DNA of 64,000 bases. Source: Candidatus Nanosyncoccus sp. Lineage in GTDB: Bacteria; Patescibacteriota; Saccharimonadia; Saccharimonadales; Saccharimonadaceae. Each line of letters opens with the position of its first letter. Position 1 is the first letter of the stretch. The translations under genes were made by a program, and so were the position numbers. The stretch is from positions 17,164 through 81,163 of the forward strand of contig JAZRJZ010000006.1 in the NCBI GenBank assembly GCA_045646085.1. Direction: 5' to 3'. The notes beneath the pieces were generated by a model that was given only the letters and a program-made list of their open reading frames with translations, had not been told where the DNA came from and did no database searches. Below, one piece after another: positions 9,409-17,134 of this stretch.

Positions 9409-10014
9409 ATGAGTAAGGAAAATAACAGTCCAACCGAAAAATTGTTTGGTTCGAAAACTCGTGCCAAATTACTTCGGTTATTTTTTGAAAGTCCCGAGAA
9501 ATCTTTTTATGTCCGCGAGATGACGAGGGTGATCGACGAGCAAATCAACTCTGTCCGCAGGGAACTATTAAATCTCGAAAGTATCGGCATCATCAAAAAC
9601 GAGACCTTTGACAACAAAGTTTATTACTCAGCCAACACTAAACATCCTTTCTGTAGGCCACTAACTGACATTTTCTCGAAAAAAATTGACTCATCGCGCG
9701 AAAAAGATATTATGGAAACCACATGGGAAGAATACTGCCGCCCAGTCAAAAACTATCTCAGAGGCCTTATTGTCACAAATCGCCTACCCGGTCAGGACGG
9801 TATTGATTTATTGATTATTGGCAATGACAAGACTAAGAAACTCACCCGTTGGGCAGAGGTAATTGAGAAGAAACAGGGAAAGCCTATTAATTACGTTATA
9901 ATGTCCCCAGACGATTTTACCTATCGCAAAAGCGTTCGTGATCGATTTATTCTCGAGGTGCTAGAAATGGAAATCACCGAAATAATTGATCCAGATAAAA
10001 TTATCAAAGAATAG
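9409..10014 (+). CDS. Winged-helix transcriptional regulator (ArsR-like N-terminus)
   Basis: SKTRAKLLRLFFESPEKSFYVREMTRVIDEQINSVRRELLNLESIGII is a typical wHTH. Confidence 0.5.
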   Translation: MSKENNSPTEKLFGSKTRAKLLRLFFESPEKSFYVREMTRVIDEQINSVRRELLNLESIGIIKNETFDNKVYYSANTKHPFCRPLTDIFSKKIDSSREKDIMETTWEEYCRPVKNYLRGLIVTNRLPGQDGIDLLIIGNDKTKKLTRWAEVIEKKQGKPINYVIMSPDDFTYRKSVRDRFILEVLEMEITEIIDPDKIIKE

Positions 10015-10021
10015 GAGGAAT

Positions 10022-10468
10022 ATGTTTGAGATAGAAAGTAAAAATCAAGACGAAATTATCATTTCTACAAAAAGCACCACTATTAAGTTTGATGTCGCTA
10101 ACGCCATTATCGATGCAGGCCTTGCGGTCGGCAAAATAACTGGTCCCGGTGAATTCGAAATCGGCGAAGCCACTGTCCGTGGTATTGCCACCGAAAGCGG
10201 TAAAACTATCTATGATGTCGAAGTAAACGGTGTACATATTGGTATTCTCGGGGGTATAGAAGAAAACCTCGACGATATCGTAGCTGACATTCTCTGTACA
10301 TCATCTGTTCGTGCAATACGCGAGATTGAGCCAAAACTAATTGTCTCAATGGGGAATGTTGACGCTATGGTCGCGGATCTCAAACTAACCGCTCACACCG
10401 AAAAGAAACTCAAGATCAAGAATCTCGACTCTCTTCCAGCAACTAAAGAGGTAGTGGTATTGAATTAA
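10022..10468 (+). CDS. Hypothetical protein (short MBL-fold-like)
   Basis: The start was moved to the ATG at 10022, behind the AGGAGG RBS. There is no catalytic motif I can name. Confidence 0.4.
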   Translation: MFEIESKNQDEIIISTKSTTIKFDVANAIIDAGLAVGKITGPGEFEIGEATVRGIATESGKTIYDVEVNGVHIGILGGIEENLDDIVADILCTSSVRAIREIEPKLIVSMGNVDAMVADLKLTAHTEKKLKIKNLDSLPATKEVVVLN

Positions 10469-10471
10469 GCA

Positions 10472-11110
10472 ATGGGCATCAGCGTAATCAGTGTAATTAT
10501 CGTTCTCGTCATTATCGTTGGCTCTGTTATTTTGCATGAATTGGCTCACGGGCTAGTAGCTTACTGGCTTGGTGACCGCACCGCAAAAGATGCGGGTCGC
10601 CTTACCTTTAATCCGATTAAGCATATAGATCCTATTATGTCTATCTTGGTTCCGGTGTTTTTATATCTCTTAAACGCCCCAGTTTTTGGTGGCGCCAAGC
10701 CTGTCCCAGTTAATTATAGTAATCTCAAATGGCGAGAGTGGGGCATGGCGCTTGTCGCTGCTGCAGGTCCACTGACAAACTTTTTGCTTGCCTTCATCTC
10801 ATTTCTAATTGGCCATTTTTCTGGCCTCCTCTATGGTACAGGGGTAGCAGCTTTTATTTTTACTGAGCTCGTATTTATCAATTTAGGGTTTATGATCTTC
10901 AACCTTATCCCTATTCCGCCTCTGGACGGCTCACGTATCCTTTATGCTATATCTCCAGACGGCCTACGTAAGATTCTAATCTCTCTAGAACAATATGGGA
11001 TATTCTTAGTCTATATGCTAATTCTCCTCTTTGGCGAAGTATTCTCACATCTAATGGTCGGGGGAATGAAAGGAATTGTTTATCTATTCCATTGGGTTGT
11101 CGGTGGGTGA
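10472..11110 (+). CDS. Site-2 protease family (M50) membrane metalloprotease
   Basis: HELAHGLVAY (HExxH) lies in TM1, with a later LDG motif; the protein is polytopic. Confidence 0.75.
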   Translation: MGISVISVIIVLVIIVGSVILHELAHGLVAYWLGDRTAKDAGRLTFNPIKHIDPIMSILVPVFLYLLNAPVFGGAKPVPVNYSNLKWREWGMALVAAAGPLTNFLLAFISFLIGHFSGLLYGTGVAAFIFTELVFINLGFMIFNLIPIPPLDGSRILYAISPDGLRKILISLEQYGIFLVYMLILLFGEVFSHLMVGGMKGIVYLFHWVVGG

Positions 11111-11111
11111 C

Positions 11112-11192
11112 GAGTATTATTAAGTTCTTTCGGGACCGTAAGCTTGGCCGAACGGCCTCGAGTGTGTCCCGAAAGTACTTAATAATGCTCGA
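11112..11192. repeat. Long imperfect palindrome: 25-nt AT-rich arms around a GC-rich 29-nt centre
   Basis: The arm GAGTATTATTAAGTTCTTTCGGGAC pairs with GTCCCGAAAGTACTTAATAATGCTC, and the centre holds the mini-hairpin GGCCGAACGGCC. Confidence 0.8.
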
Positions 11193-11351
11193 GATGTGCA
11201 ATAATAGAGTTAGGCTTCGCCGACAACATGATTTTCCTGAATAATCATGTTATAGGGATTTCGTGGCTTACACCCGTGGGTGTATCGCATAAGATTTTAC
11301 CCACCTTGTATATATTACGGGGAAAAACATGCCGGCGGGGTCCCTTAAAAG

Positions 11352-12212
11352 GTGGGTATGAAACAGAGAATTCGCGTAGTAGGTATTATCAAAAACGAGG
11401 AGGGGGTTCTAGTTTTTAAGCGTAGCCGAGGCCGTAGTGAAGCCCCGGTTTTTTGGGAGCTTCCTACCGGCAAAATCAAGTTTGGCGAACAACCAGAAGA
11501 AGCCATGGCCCGCTCTCTTACTGAGTACACAGGGTTAGTCGCCAAATCTGTCAATCTAAAAGACGTGATCACTTTTCTCGCTCCAGAAGGGGCAAGCCAA
11601 CTTAATAACCTCTACATTGTTTATGAATTGAACTTAGAAGGGAACGACAAGCCTAAGCCGCGTGACCGATATACCGCCTACAAATATGTGAAGGATTTTG
11701 CATCCTCAAATGTCCATCTTGACGAAACCAGCGCCTCTGTGATTGAAATCGAGGAAGAGAAAACTACCACTAGCCACACCTCTGTTAGGGATACGGCTAA
11801 TTCCGTCACCATTAATGTGGACGGAGCTTCTAGGGGCAATCCTGGGCCGTCTGGTATCGGTTATTGTATTTATGACAACAGTGGTCGCATGATAGAAAAG
11901 GGCGGCGAGTTCATTGGATTTGCTACTTCTCGTATCGCTGAATACTACGCCATGCGTAAGGGAATTGAGCGCGCCATCGAGTTAAATTATAAAGCAGTTC
12001 GCTTTATCTCTGATAGTCTTATGGTGGTCAACCAACTAAACGGCATTTTCTCGGTCAAAAACAAAGATATTATGCCGATTTATAATGATATACAAGACAA
12101 GCTTGATCAATTTGAGGCAATTTCTTTTGTCCACGTCCCCAGAAGCCAAAATATGCTTGCCGACTCAGAGGCAAATGCAGCCATTAATCAAATTCTCACC
12201 AAGAAGCTTTAA
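11352..12212 (+). CDS. Nudix hydrolase fused to RNase HI
   Basis: The N-terminal Nudix fold contains a degenerate Nudix-box-like segment, GKIKFGEQPEEAMARSLTEYTG. The C-terminus (VDGASRGNPGPSGIGY ... DSLMVVNQ ... RSQNMLADSEAN) carries the RNase H DEDD-type signature. The start may be the ATG at 11358. Confidence 0.75.
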   Translation: MGMKQRIRVVGIIKNEEGVLVFKRSRGRSEAPVFWELPTGKIKFGEQPEEAMARSLTEYTGLVAKSVNLKDVITFLAPEGASQLNNLYIVYELNLEGNDKPKPRDRYTAYKYVKDFASSNVHLDETSASVIEIEEEKTTTSHTSVRDTANSVTINVDGASRGNPGPSGIGYCIYDNSGRMIEKGGEFIGFATSRIAEYYAMRKGIERAIELNYKAVRFISDSLMVVNQLNGIFSVKNKDIMPIYNDIQDKLDQFEAISFVHVPRSQNMLADSEANAAINQILTKKL

Positions 12213-12239
12213 AAAATATTCATTCTGTGATATAATTAC

Positions 12240-12577
12240 CTTGAGCCCAAAAGGCAATCGCTTTTTTAAAGAGGAAAGTCCGGGCAACACAGAGCATGGT
12301 AGTCGCTAACAGCGACCGTCCGTAAGGATAGGGAAAGTACCACAGAAACTATACCGCCTAAGTTTTTAGGTAAGGGTGAAAAGAGTGAGGTAAGAGCTCA
12401 CAGCGCGCGGTAGCGATACAGCGCGGCGGCAAACCCTACCTGTTGCAAGGAGTGCTAATTCACCTCTGCTCGAGGATGCACGCTTACCGCTAGAACGCTA
12501 TAGCAATGTAGCGTCAAGATAGATGATTGCCAACTTCTTCGGAAGTGACAGAACCCGGCTTAATGAAGGCTCATATC
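12240..12577 (+). ncRNA. rnpB: RNase P RNA (bacterial type A)
   Basis: GAGGAAAGTCCGGGC near the 5' end and ACAGAACCCGGCTTA near the 3' end. P1 pairs TGAGCC (12242) with GGCTCA (12568). An extended -10 TGATATAAT sits at 12228-12236. Confidence 0.9.
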
Positions 12578-12607
12578 AAAAAACCACCCGAAAGGGTGGC
12601 TTTTTGG
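12576..12607. terminator. Bidirectional intrinsic terminator between rnpB and rpmB
   Basis: AAAAAA-CCACCC-GAAA-GGGTGG-CTTTTT. Confidence 0.8.
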
Positions 12608-12611
12608 TTTA

Positions 12612-12839
12612 CTATTTCTTAGCCTTTTTCTCGGCTAAAGCCTTTGGGCTCTCAATTAGCCCTTTTTTCTTCAATGTTCTAAGCGCTGATGCCGAGACAT
12701 TGCATTTAACTTTTTGTCCGTTGATAATTAGCGTTCGCTTAGATACATTCGGCTTAAACACCTTACGCGTATGGCGCTGAGAGAACGAAACGTTGTGTCC
12801 ATACATCTTGCCTTTTCCGGTAATTTCACAAATCGCCAT
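12612..12839 (-). CDS. rpmB: 50S ribosomal protein L28
   Basis: MAICEITGKGKMYGHNVSFSQRHTRKVFKPN is the L28 signature. Confidence 0.9.
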   Translation of the reverse strand: MAICEITGKGKMYGHNVSFSQRHTRKVFKPNVSKRTLIINGQKVKCNVSASALRTLKKKGLIESPKALAEKKAKK

Positions 12840-12840
12840 C

Positions 12841-13188
12841 CTATTTCTCCTTTACCGTATTAACAATTGCTTTAAATGCTTCGGGATTATTAACAGCGAG
12901 ATCAGCCAAAACCTTACGGTCGAGGTTTATATTCTTTGCTTTCATACCGGCAATCAATTGCGAGTAAGAAACACCAAGTTCTCTAGATGCGTTATTGATA
13001 CGCGTAATCCAAAGCGCACGGAGGTCGCGCTTACGATTGCGACGGTCCCGGTAGCTGTATTGCAAAGCTTTAATCACGCCCTGTTTACCGAGACGATAAC
13101 TGCGCCTGCGGTAATGTTGCATACCTTTGGTTTTGTTCAAAATCTTCTTGTGTTTCGCGTGTGCCGCGACACCTCTTTTAACTCTCAT
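12841..13188 (-). CDS. rplT: 50S ribosomal protein L20
   Basis: [22 protein letters not shown]...[21 protein letters not shown]. Confidence 0.95.
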   Translation of the reverse strand: MRVKRGVAAHAKHKKILNKTKGMQHYRRRSYRLGKQGVIKALQYSYRDRRNRKRDLRALWITRINNASRELGVSYSQLIAGMKAKNINLDRKVLADLAVNNPEAFKAIVNTVKEK

Positions 13189-13190
13189 GA

Positions 13191-13385
13191 CTAAACCCCC
13201 AATGCTTTCTTAATATTCTTATTAATTTTGCCGTTTACGGTCGCAGCGGTCTTGATATTGCGCTTCCTGGCTTTAGATTTTTTAGCGAGAATATGATTCC
13301 CGTAAGCCCTCTCGCGGACTAACTTGCCCGAACCAGTAATTTTGATTCGCTTGGCAGTACCTTTATGCGTCTTTAACTTTGGCAT
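13191..13385 (-). CDS. rpmI: 50S ribosomal protein L35
   Basis: [21 protein letters not shown]. The start was trimmed to the internal Met with its RBS. Confidence 0.9.
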   Translation of the reverse strand: MPKLKTHKGTAKRIKITGSGKLVRERAYGNHILAKKSKARKRNIKTAATVNGKINKNIKKALGV

Positions 13386-13448
13386 AAATTTCCTTTCGTT
13401 AAATTTATTATTCGGAATGTGCAATCGGGAAGCCTAGAAAGTAGGAAA

Positions 13449-13967
13449 TTACTTTTTTCGTACTTGTACCGATAGGTTGCGTCCACTCATTTGCGATTTG
13501 CCTTCTTGTACTACACCTTCGCCCAGAAGGCCGATTACCTTGTTTAGAAGGTCTGTACCGAGCTCTTTGTGGGCCATTTCGCGACCACGAAAGACAATCA
13601 TGATTTTTACTCGATCACCATCGTCCAAGAATTCTCGCATCTTTCGGACTTTTATATTAAGGTCGTTCTCGGAAATCTTGAGACCAATCTTCATCTGCTT
13701 TAATTCGGCCTGTTTTTCGCGGGCCTTTTTACGATTTTTGGCTTCTTCCTTCATCTTTTGGTATTGGTATTTACCCCAATCGATGATTTTAACGACCGGC
13801 GGATTAGCATTGGCGGCAATTTCCACCAAATCTACTCCTTGTTCATTCGCCAGAAGTTGCGCTTCGCGACTCGACATAATACCAAGCTGCTCACCGCTAG
13901 AACCAATCACGCGGACCTCTTCGTAACGAATTTCTCCGTTCAACCGCGTTCGTGAATTGTTTTTGAT
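13449..13967 (-). CDS. infC: Translation initiation factor IF-3
   Basis: The IF-3 N- and C-domains are recognisable. The ORF track starts at the TTG at 13943, but the in-frame codons upstream read ATC-AAA-AAC... (I-K-N-N-S-R-T-R) with GAAAGGA 6 nt upstream, so a non-canonical ATC start at 13967 is plausible. Confidence 0.85.
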   Translation of the reverse strand: MKNNSRTRLNGEIRYEEVRVIGSSGEQLGIMSSREAQLLANEQGVDLVEIAANANPPVVKIIDWGKYQYQKMKEEAKNRKKAREKQAELKQMKIGLKISENDLNIKVRKMREFLDDGDRVKIMIVFRGREMAHKELGTDLLNKVIGLLGEGVVQEGKSQMSGRNLSVQVRKK

Positions 13968-14042
13968 AGTAGTCCTTTCTTCTCTTGAATTAAACTGATA
14001 ACATTATAGCAGAGTTAAGGAAAAATTGCAAGAGAAAAAACA

Positions 14043-14126
14043 TGGGTGGGTGACGCGCATAGGGGGACCCCCAAAATGTTTGCGAAAGCAAAATTTTGGG
14101 GGATAATGCGCGGCAGGACCCGCCCA
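14043..14126. repeat. 84-nt GC-rich palindromic element, copy A (intergenic, 3' of comM)
   Basis: It consists of nested stems TGGGTGGGT/ACCCGCCCA, GCGCAT/ATGCGC, CCCCCAAAAT/ATTTTGGGGG and TTTGC-GAAA-GCAAA. It is a paralog of 57228-57311. Confidence 0.85.
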
Positions 14127-14129
14127 GAA

Positions 14130-15644
14130 TTATCTCTTGCGATAGGTTAATGCTTCTGCCAAATGTTTTGCTTGGATAATTTCCGAGCCGTCAAGGTCCG
14201 CAATCGTTCGGGCGACTTTGATGGTCTTAAAATACGATCGCGCAGAAAGATTTAATCTTTCCGAAGCATTAGAAAGCAGACTTTCTGCTTCCGCTTCTAG
14301 CTTCAGTTTTTGCGAAACTTCAAACGAAGAAAGGGAACTATTGTAAACTCCGTCTTGTCCATATCGTGCTTTTTGACGTTTAAATGCCTCTGTTATAGTA
14401 TTTTTTACAACGATATGCTCAGTGTTTTTGTTTGGTAAATCTTTTAAAAGATCTTCGTTATCAACTTTTTTCACCTCAACATTCATATCTATACGATCAA
14501 ACAAAGGCCCCGATAGCTTCTTTTGATAATTTTGAATTTGAGTCTCGGTACACTTGCACTCATGTGTAGGATCACCTAGATAACCGCAAGGACAAGGATT
14601 CATGGTAGCGATTAACATAAAATCTGCGGGATAAATCGATTTACGATTTGCTCTTGAAATCGCAATTTGTTTATCCTCCAGGGGCTGCCGGAGTGCTTCT
14701 AACACCGAGCGAGGAAACTCCGGTATTTCATCTAAGAACAAAACTCCCTTATGAGCCAAAGATATTTCTCCTGGGGCTGCGGTCGCCCCTCCCCCGATAA
14801 CAGAAATAGAACTGGCAGTATGATGAGGGCTACGAAATGGCCTCTCTGTTATGATACGGTCCATCGATAAACCAGCTATTGAATAGAGCTTGGTGATATC
14901 AATCATTTCGCTCGGGGTGAGCTCTGGTAATAAATTCGCTGCCGCCTTTGCGAGTAGGGTTTTTCCAGCTCCCGGTGGGCCAGATATCAGGATATTATGG
15001 TGTCCGGCAATTGCGATTGCCATGGCGCGTTTAGCCACATTCTGTCCTAAAACATGGTCTAAAAGAGGGCGCCTTGAAGCCTCAGGAGACGTTCTGAGCG
15101 CCTTTTCGAGCACATCAGCTTCATTTAACGTTAATTGATTTTTGAGCGCCAAATACAGGTTCTGTAGCGTATCTGCGCCATAGACTTTGATGCCGGATAC
15201 CAAAGCCGCTTGAGATAGATTGTCAATCGGCACAAAAACCTCTTTAAAGTTAGCATTTTTGGCGGCCTCCACGATATTAATGATTCCTCTAACCGGTTTG
15301 ATTTCGCCGCTAAGAGAAAGTTCACCCACAAACACACGATTAACAGTATCCGACTTTACCAATTGTCCAGATAAAGCCAAAACCGATAAAGCAATCGGCA
15401 AATCTAGATAAGTGCCATCTTTTGCGAGTTCCGCCGGAGCAAGGTTTATTGTGACTTTTTTGCTAGGGAACGAAAATCCCGCATTAAAAATTGCGCTACG
15501 GACGCGTTCTCTAGCTTCGTTTATAGTTTTATTTGCCATTCCGACAATATTAAAAGCTGGTAGCCCACGATTTATGTCGCCCTCAACTTCAACCAGCTTT
15601 CCTTCAAAGCCGTAGGGCACAATGGAATGAATTTTGCTAATCAT
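14130..15644 (-). CDS. comM: Mg-chelatase-like ATPase YifB/ComM
   Basis: N-terminal Lon-protease-like domain, SGPPGAGKT Walker A, LFLDE Walker B, C-terminal ChlI-like region. The start was trimmed to MISKIHS. Confidence 0.85.
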   Translation of the reverse strand: MISKIHSIVPYGFEGKLVEVEGDINRGLPAFNIVGMANKTINEARERVRSAIFNAGFSFPSKKVTINLAPAELAKDGTYLDLPIALSVLALSGQLVKSDTVNRVFVGELSLSGEIKPVRGIINIVEAAKNANFKEVFVPIDNLSQAALVSGIKVYGADTLQNLYLALKNQLTLNEADVLEKALRTSPEASRRPLLDHVLGQNVAKRAMAIAIAGHHNILISGPPGAGKTLLAKAAANLLPELTPSEMIDITKLYSIAGLSMDRIITERPFRSPHHTASSISVIGGGATAAPGEISLAHKGVLFLDEIPEFPRSVLEALRQPLEDKQIAISRANRKSIYPADFMLIATMNPCPCGYLGDPTHECKCTETQIQNYQKKLSGPLFDRIDMNVEVKKVDNEDLLKDLPNKNTEHIVVKNTITEAFKRQKARYGQDGVYNSSLSSFEVSQKLKLEAEAESLLSNASERLNLSARSYFKTIKVARTIADLDGSEIIQAKHLAEALTYRKR

Positions 15645-15800
15645 GGCGACATAATTAACACACGAATTTCCGTTTTTCAACCCCACAAAAAAGCTCATGC
15701 TTTAAATTTGCCAAAAAAGTAAAATATAACCCGCGCCTATCACAAAAATTTACTTGTGGAAAACTCGGCAAAAATATACAAAAATTGTTCAAAAAAACTA

Positions 15801-15829
15801 TTGACATAACCATTTTTTCGGCTTATAAT
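15801..15829 (+). promoter_or_regulatory. Sigma-70-type promoter (TTGACA-17-TATAAT)
   Basis: Perfect consensus hexamers with a 17-nt spacer. Confidence 0.7.
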
Positions 15830-15835
15830 AGGGGT

Positions 15836-16000
15836 AGCTTCTGAATAAAAAAATTATACAGAAGTCAAAACAAAAATTTAGCCAAAACAACTCCACACTC
15901 ACAATAAGACCGGTTTTCCTCGCAGTTACCGGTCTTATTCTATGCCACAAAACATGCTAATTCCCAGCAAAAATCGTTCCAGAAGGAACGATTTTGTTTT
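15836..16000 (+). ncRNA. Candidate small RNA (~165 nt) running from the consensus promoter to a bidirectional terminator
   Basis: There is no credible ORF. Hairpins lie at 15840-15865 and 15903-15939, with a CA-rich single-stranded stretch between them. The terminator is AAAATCGTTCC-AGAA-GGAACGATTTT-GTTTT. Confidence 0.4.
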
Positions 16001-16061
16001 AGGCGGGTCCCGCAGACCAACAAAAAATGTCCAAATGGGACGCATTTATTACAAAATAGTT

Positions 16062-16416
16062 TGGTGGAGCTGCCGGATACTGCCTCCGGGTCCGAATTAT
16101 CACATGGATACCATTCTACGTACATAGTTTTCTGTTTTGTCTTGGCCACATTTAAAAAGCTGCAGAAAACGAAACTTTCTAAAGCCATGGCTGATTGTCG
16201 GACTACTAAACGCCACGTCAGTAGTCGTATTCCCGTAGTATGATAATCCTGATCCTACGGAACCTTAGAACAGGACCAGCCTACGAATAATTAGGCATAA
16301 GCTGGCATGTAAGCAACATGCGCAGTTTTCGTGTTTTTAGCACTTATTTAATACTTACGGTATTCAATCGGTACGCCTGATATCTGTTAATAAACCGTCT
16401 AAGCTTTTTCAGCCCC
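16062..16416 (-). ncRNA. ssrA: tmRNA (SsrA)
   Basis: The minus strand reads 5' GGGGCTGAAAAAGCTTAGACGG ... TTCGGACCCGGAGGCAGTATCCGGCAGCTCCACCA 3'. The acceptor GGGGCTG/CAGCTCC has G3:U70. The candidate tag ORF is GCT AAA AAC ACG AAA ACT GCG CAT GTT GCT TAC ATG CCA GCT TAT GCC TAA. Confidence 0.85.
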
Positions 16417-16427
16417 AACTGTTGTCA

Positions 16428-16456
16428 ATTTTACCATAACTGATTAGAAAAAGCAA
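16428..16456 (-). promoter_or_regulatory. Promoter for ssrA (TTGCTT-17-TAAAAT)
   Basis: The hexamers have a 17-nt spacer and end 11 nt upstream of the mature 5' G. Confidence 0.55.
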
Positions 16457-16734
16457 TAGTCGAGAAAATGGTCTGCCCAACAATTGTTTTTGAGCGAATC
16501 CGCAGGCACCAGTCGTCAAAATTACAACTACCACGAAACCGAATCCGAAACTATAAATTTCGGCGGGATGACTGCGAGCCGAGGGCCAGCAAAAAATATA
16601 AATAAAAACCCACGAAAAGGGCAATAAATACCATTATCGTTGTAAAAAATACAACAAAATGAATAACAAATTAGAACAGGGAAAAAATAGGTGCATCGTT
16701 GTAAAAAATACCTCAATAAAATTGAACAAATCTA

Positions 16735-16763
16735 TTGACTTATTATTCCTTTTATGCTAATAT
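16735..16763 (+). promoter_or_regulatory. Promoter TTGACT-17-TAATAT driving a ~365-nt untranslated leader or ncRNA ahead of 17135
   Basis: The hexamers and spacer were read directly. No terminator lies before the next gene. Confidence 0.5.
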
Positions 16764-17134
16764 CGAAACAGCTGTGAAAGCTCAAATAAAAATTTAAAAA
16801 CAAAGGCAAATTAACAACATGAAATCGTTCAAAACCTAGCATTTAGCGGGCGAAAAGGTAATTTCTAGCCATAAATTACAACATAGGAATTACCTAAAGC
16901 TCCGCTAAATAAAGCGTAGAGCGCGTCAGTAAATCTTTCACTGGTACCTTCGAAATACATAAACAAGAGTGGAAGAAAAAACCGACAAGGATCAATGCTT
17001 CACTTAATGTGAAGCGGTCAAATAGGGAACGGCGGATTAGGGTTCAGGTCAATAGTTAAGATTTAAGAGCCGGTTAACCCCCGCCTCCCTCCAAAATCTT
17101 GGGGGAAATCACCAGTATATGATATAATGAGGTT

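Noticed and set aside
12793-13926. + strand ORFs 12793-13194 and 13477-13926
   Set aside because: They are antisense to the well-supported rplT and infC genes.
15940-16243. Three overlapping 60-82-aa ORFs on both strands
   Set aside because: The region is explained by the tmRNA gene (16062-16416, minus strand) and its terminator. The ORFs have no RBS and odd composition.
17020-17095. Possible SRP (4.5S) RNA or 6S RNA in the leader before 17135
   Set aside because: The long hairpin lacks the conserved SRP domain IV features: there is no GGAA tetraloop and no AGCAGC/GGUCAGG-type loop. I could not fit a 6S central bubble with confidence.
15700-17134. Possible replication origin in the 1.4-kb gene-poor region near gyrBA
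   Set aside because: Only one DnaA-box-like 9-mer is present and there is no dnaA/dnaN. The region is largely accounted for by tmRNA, promoters and leaders.
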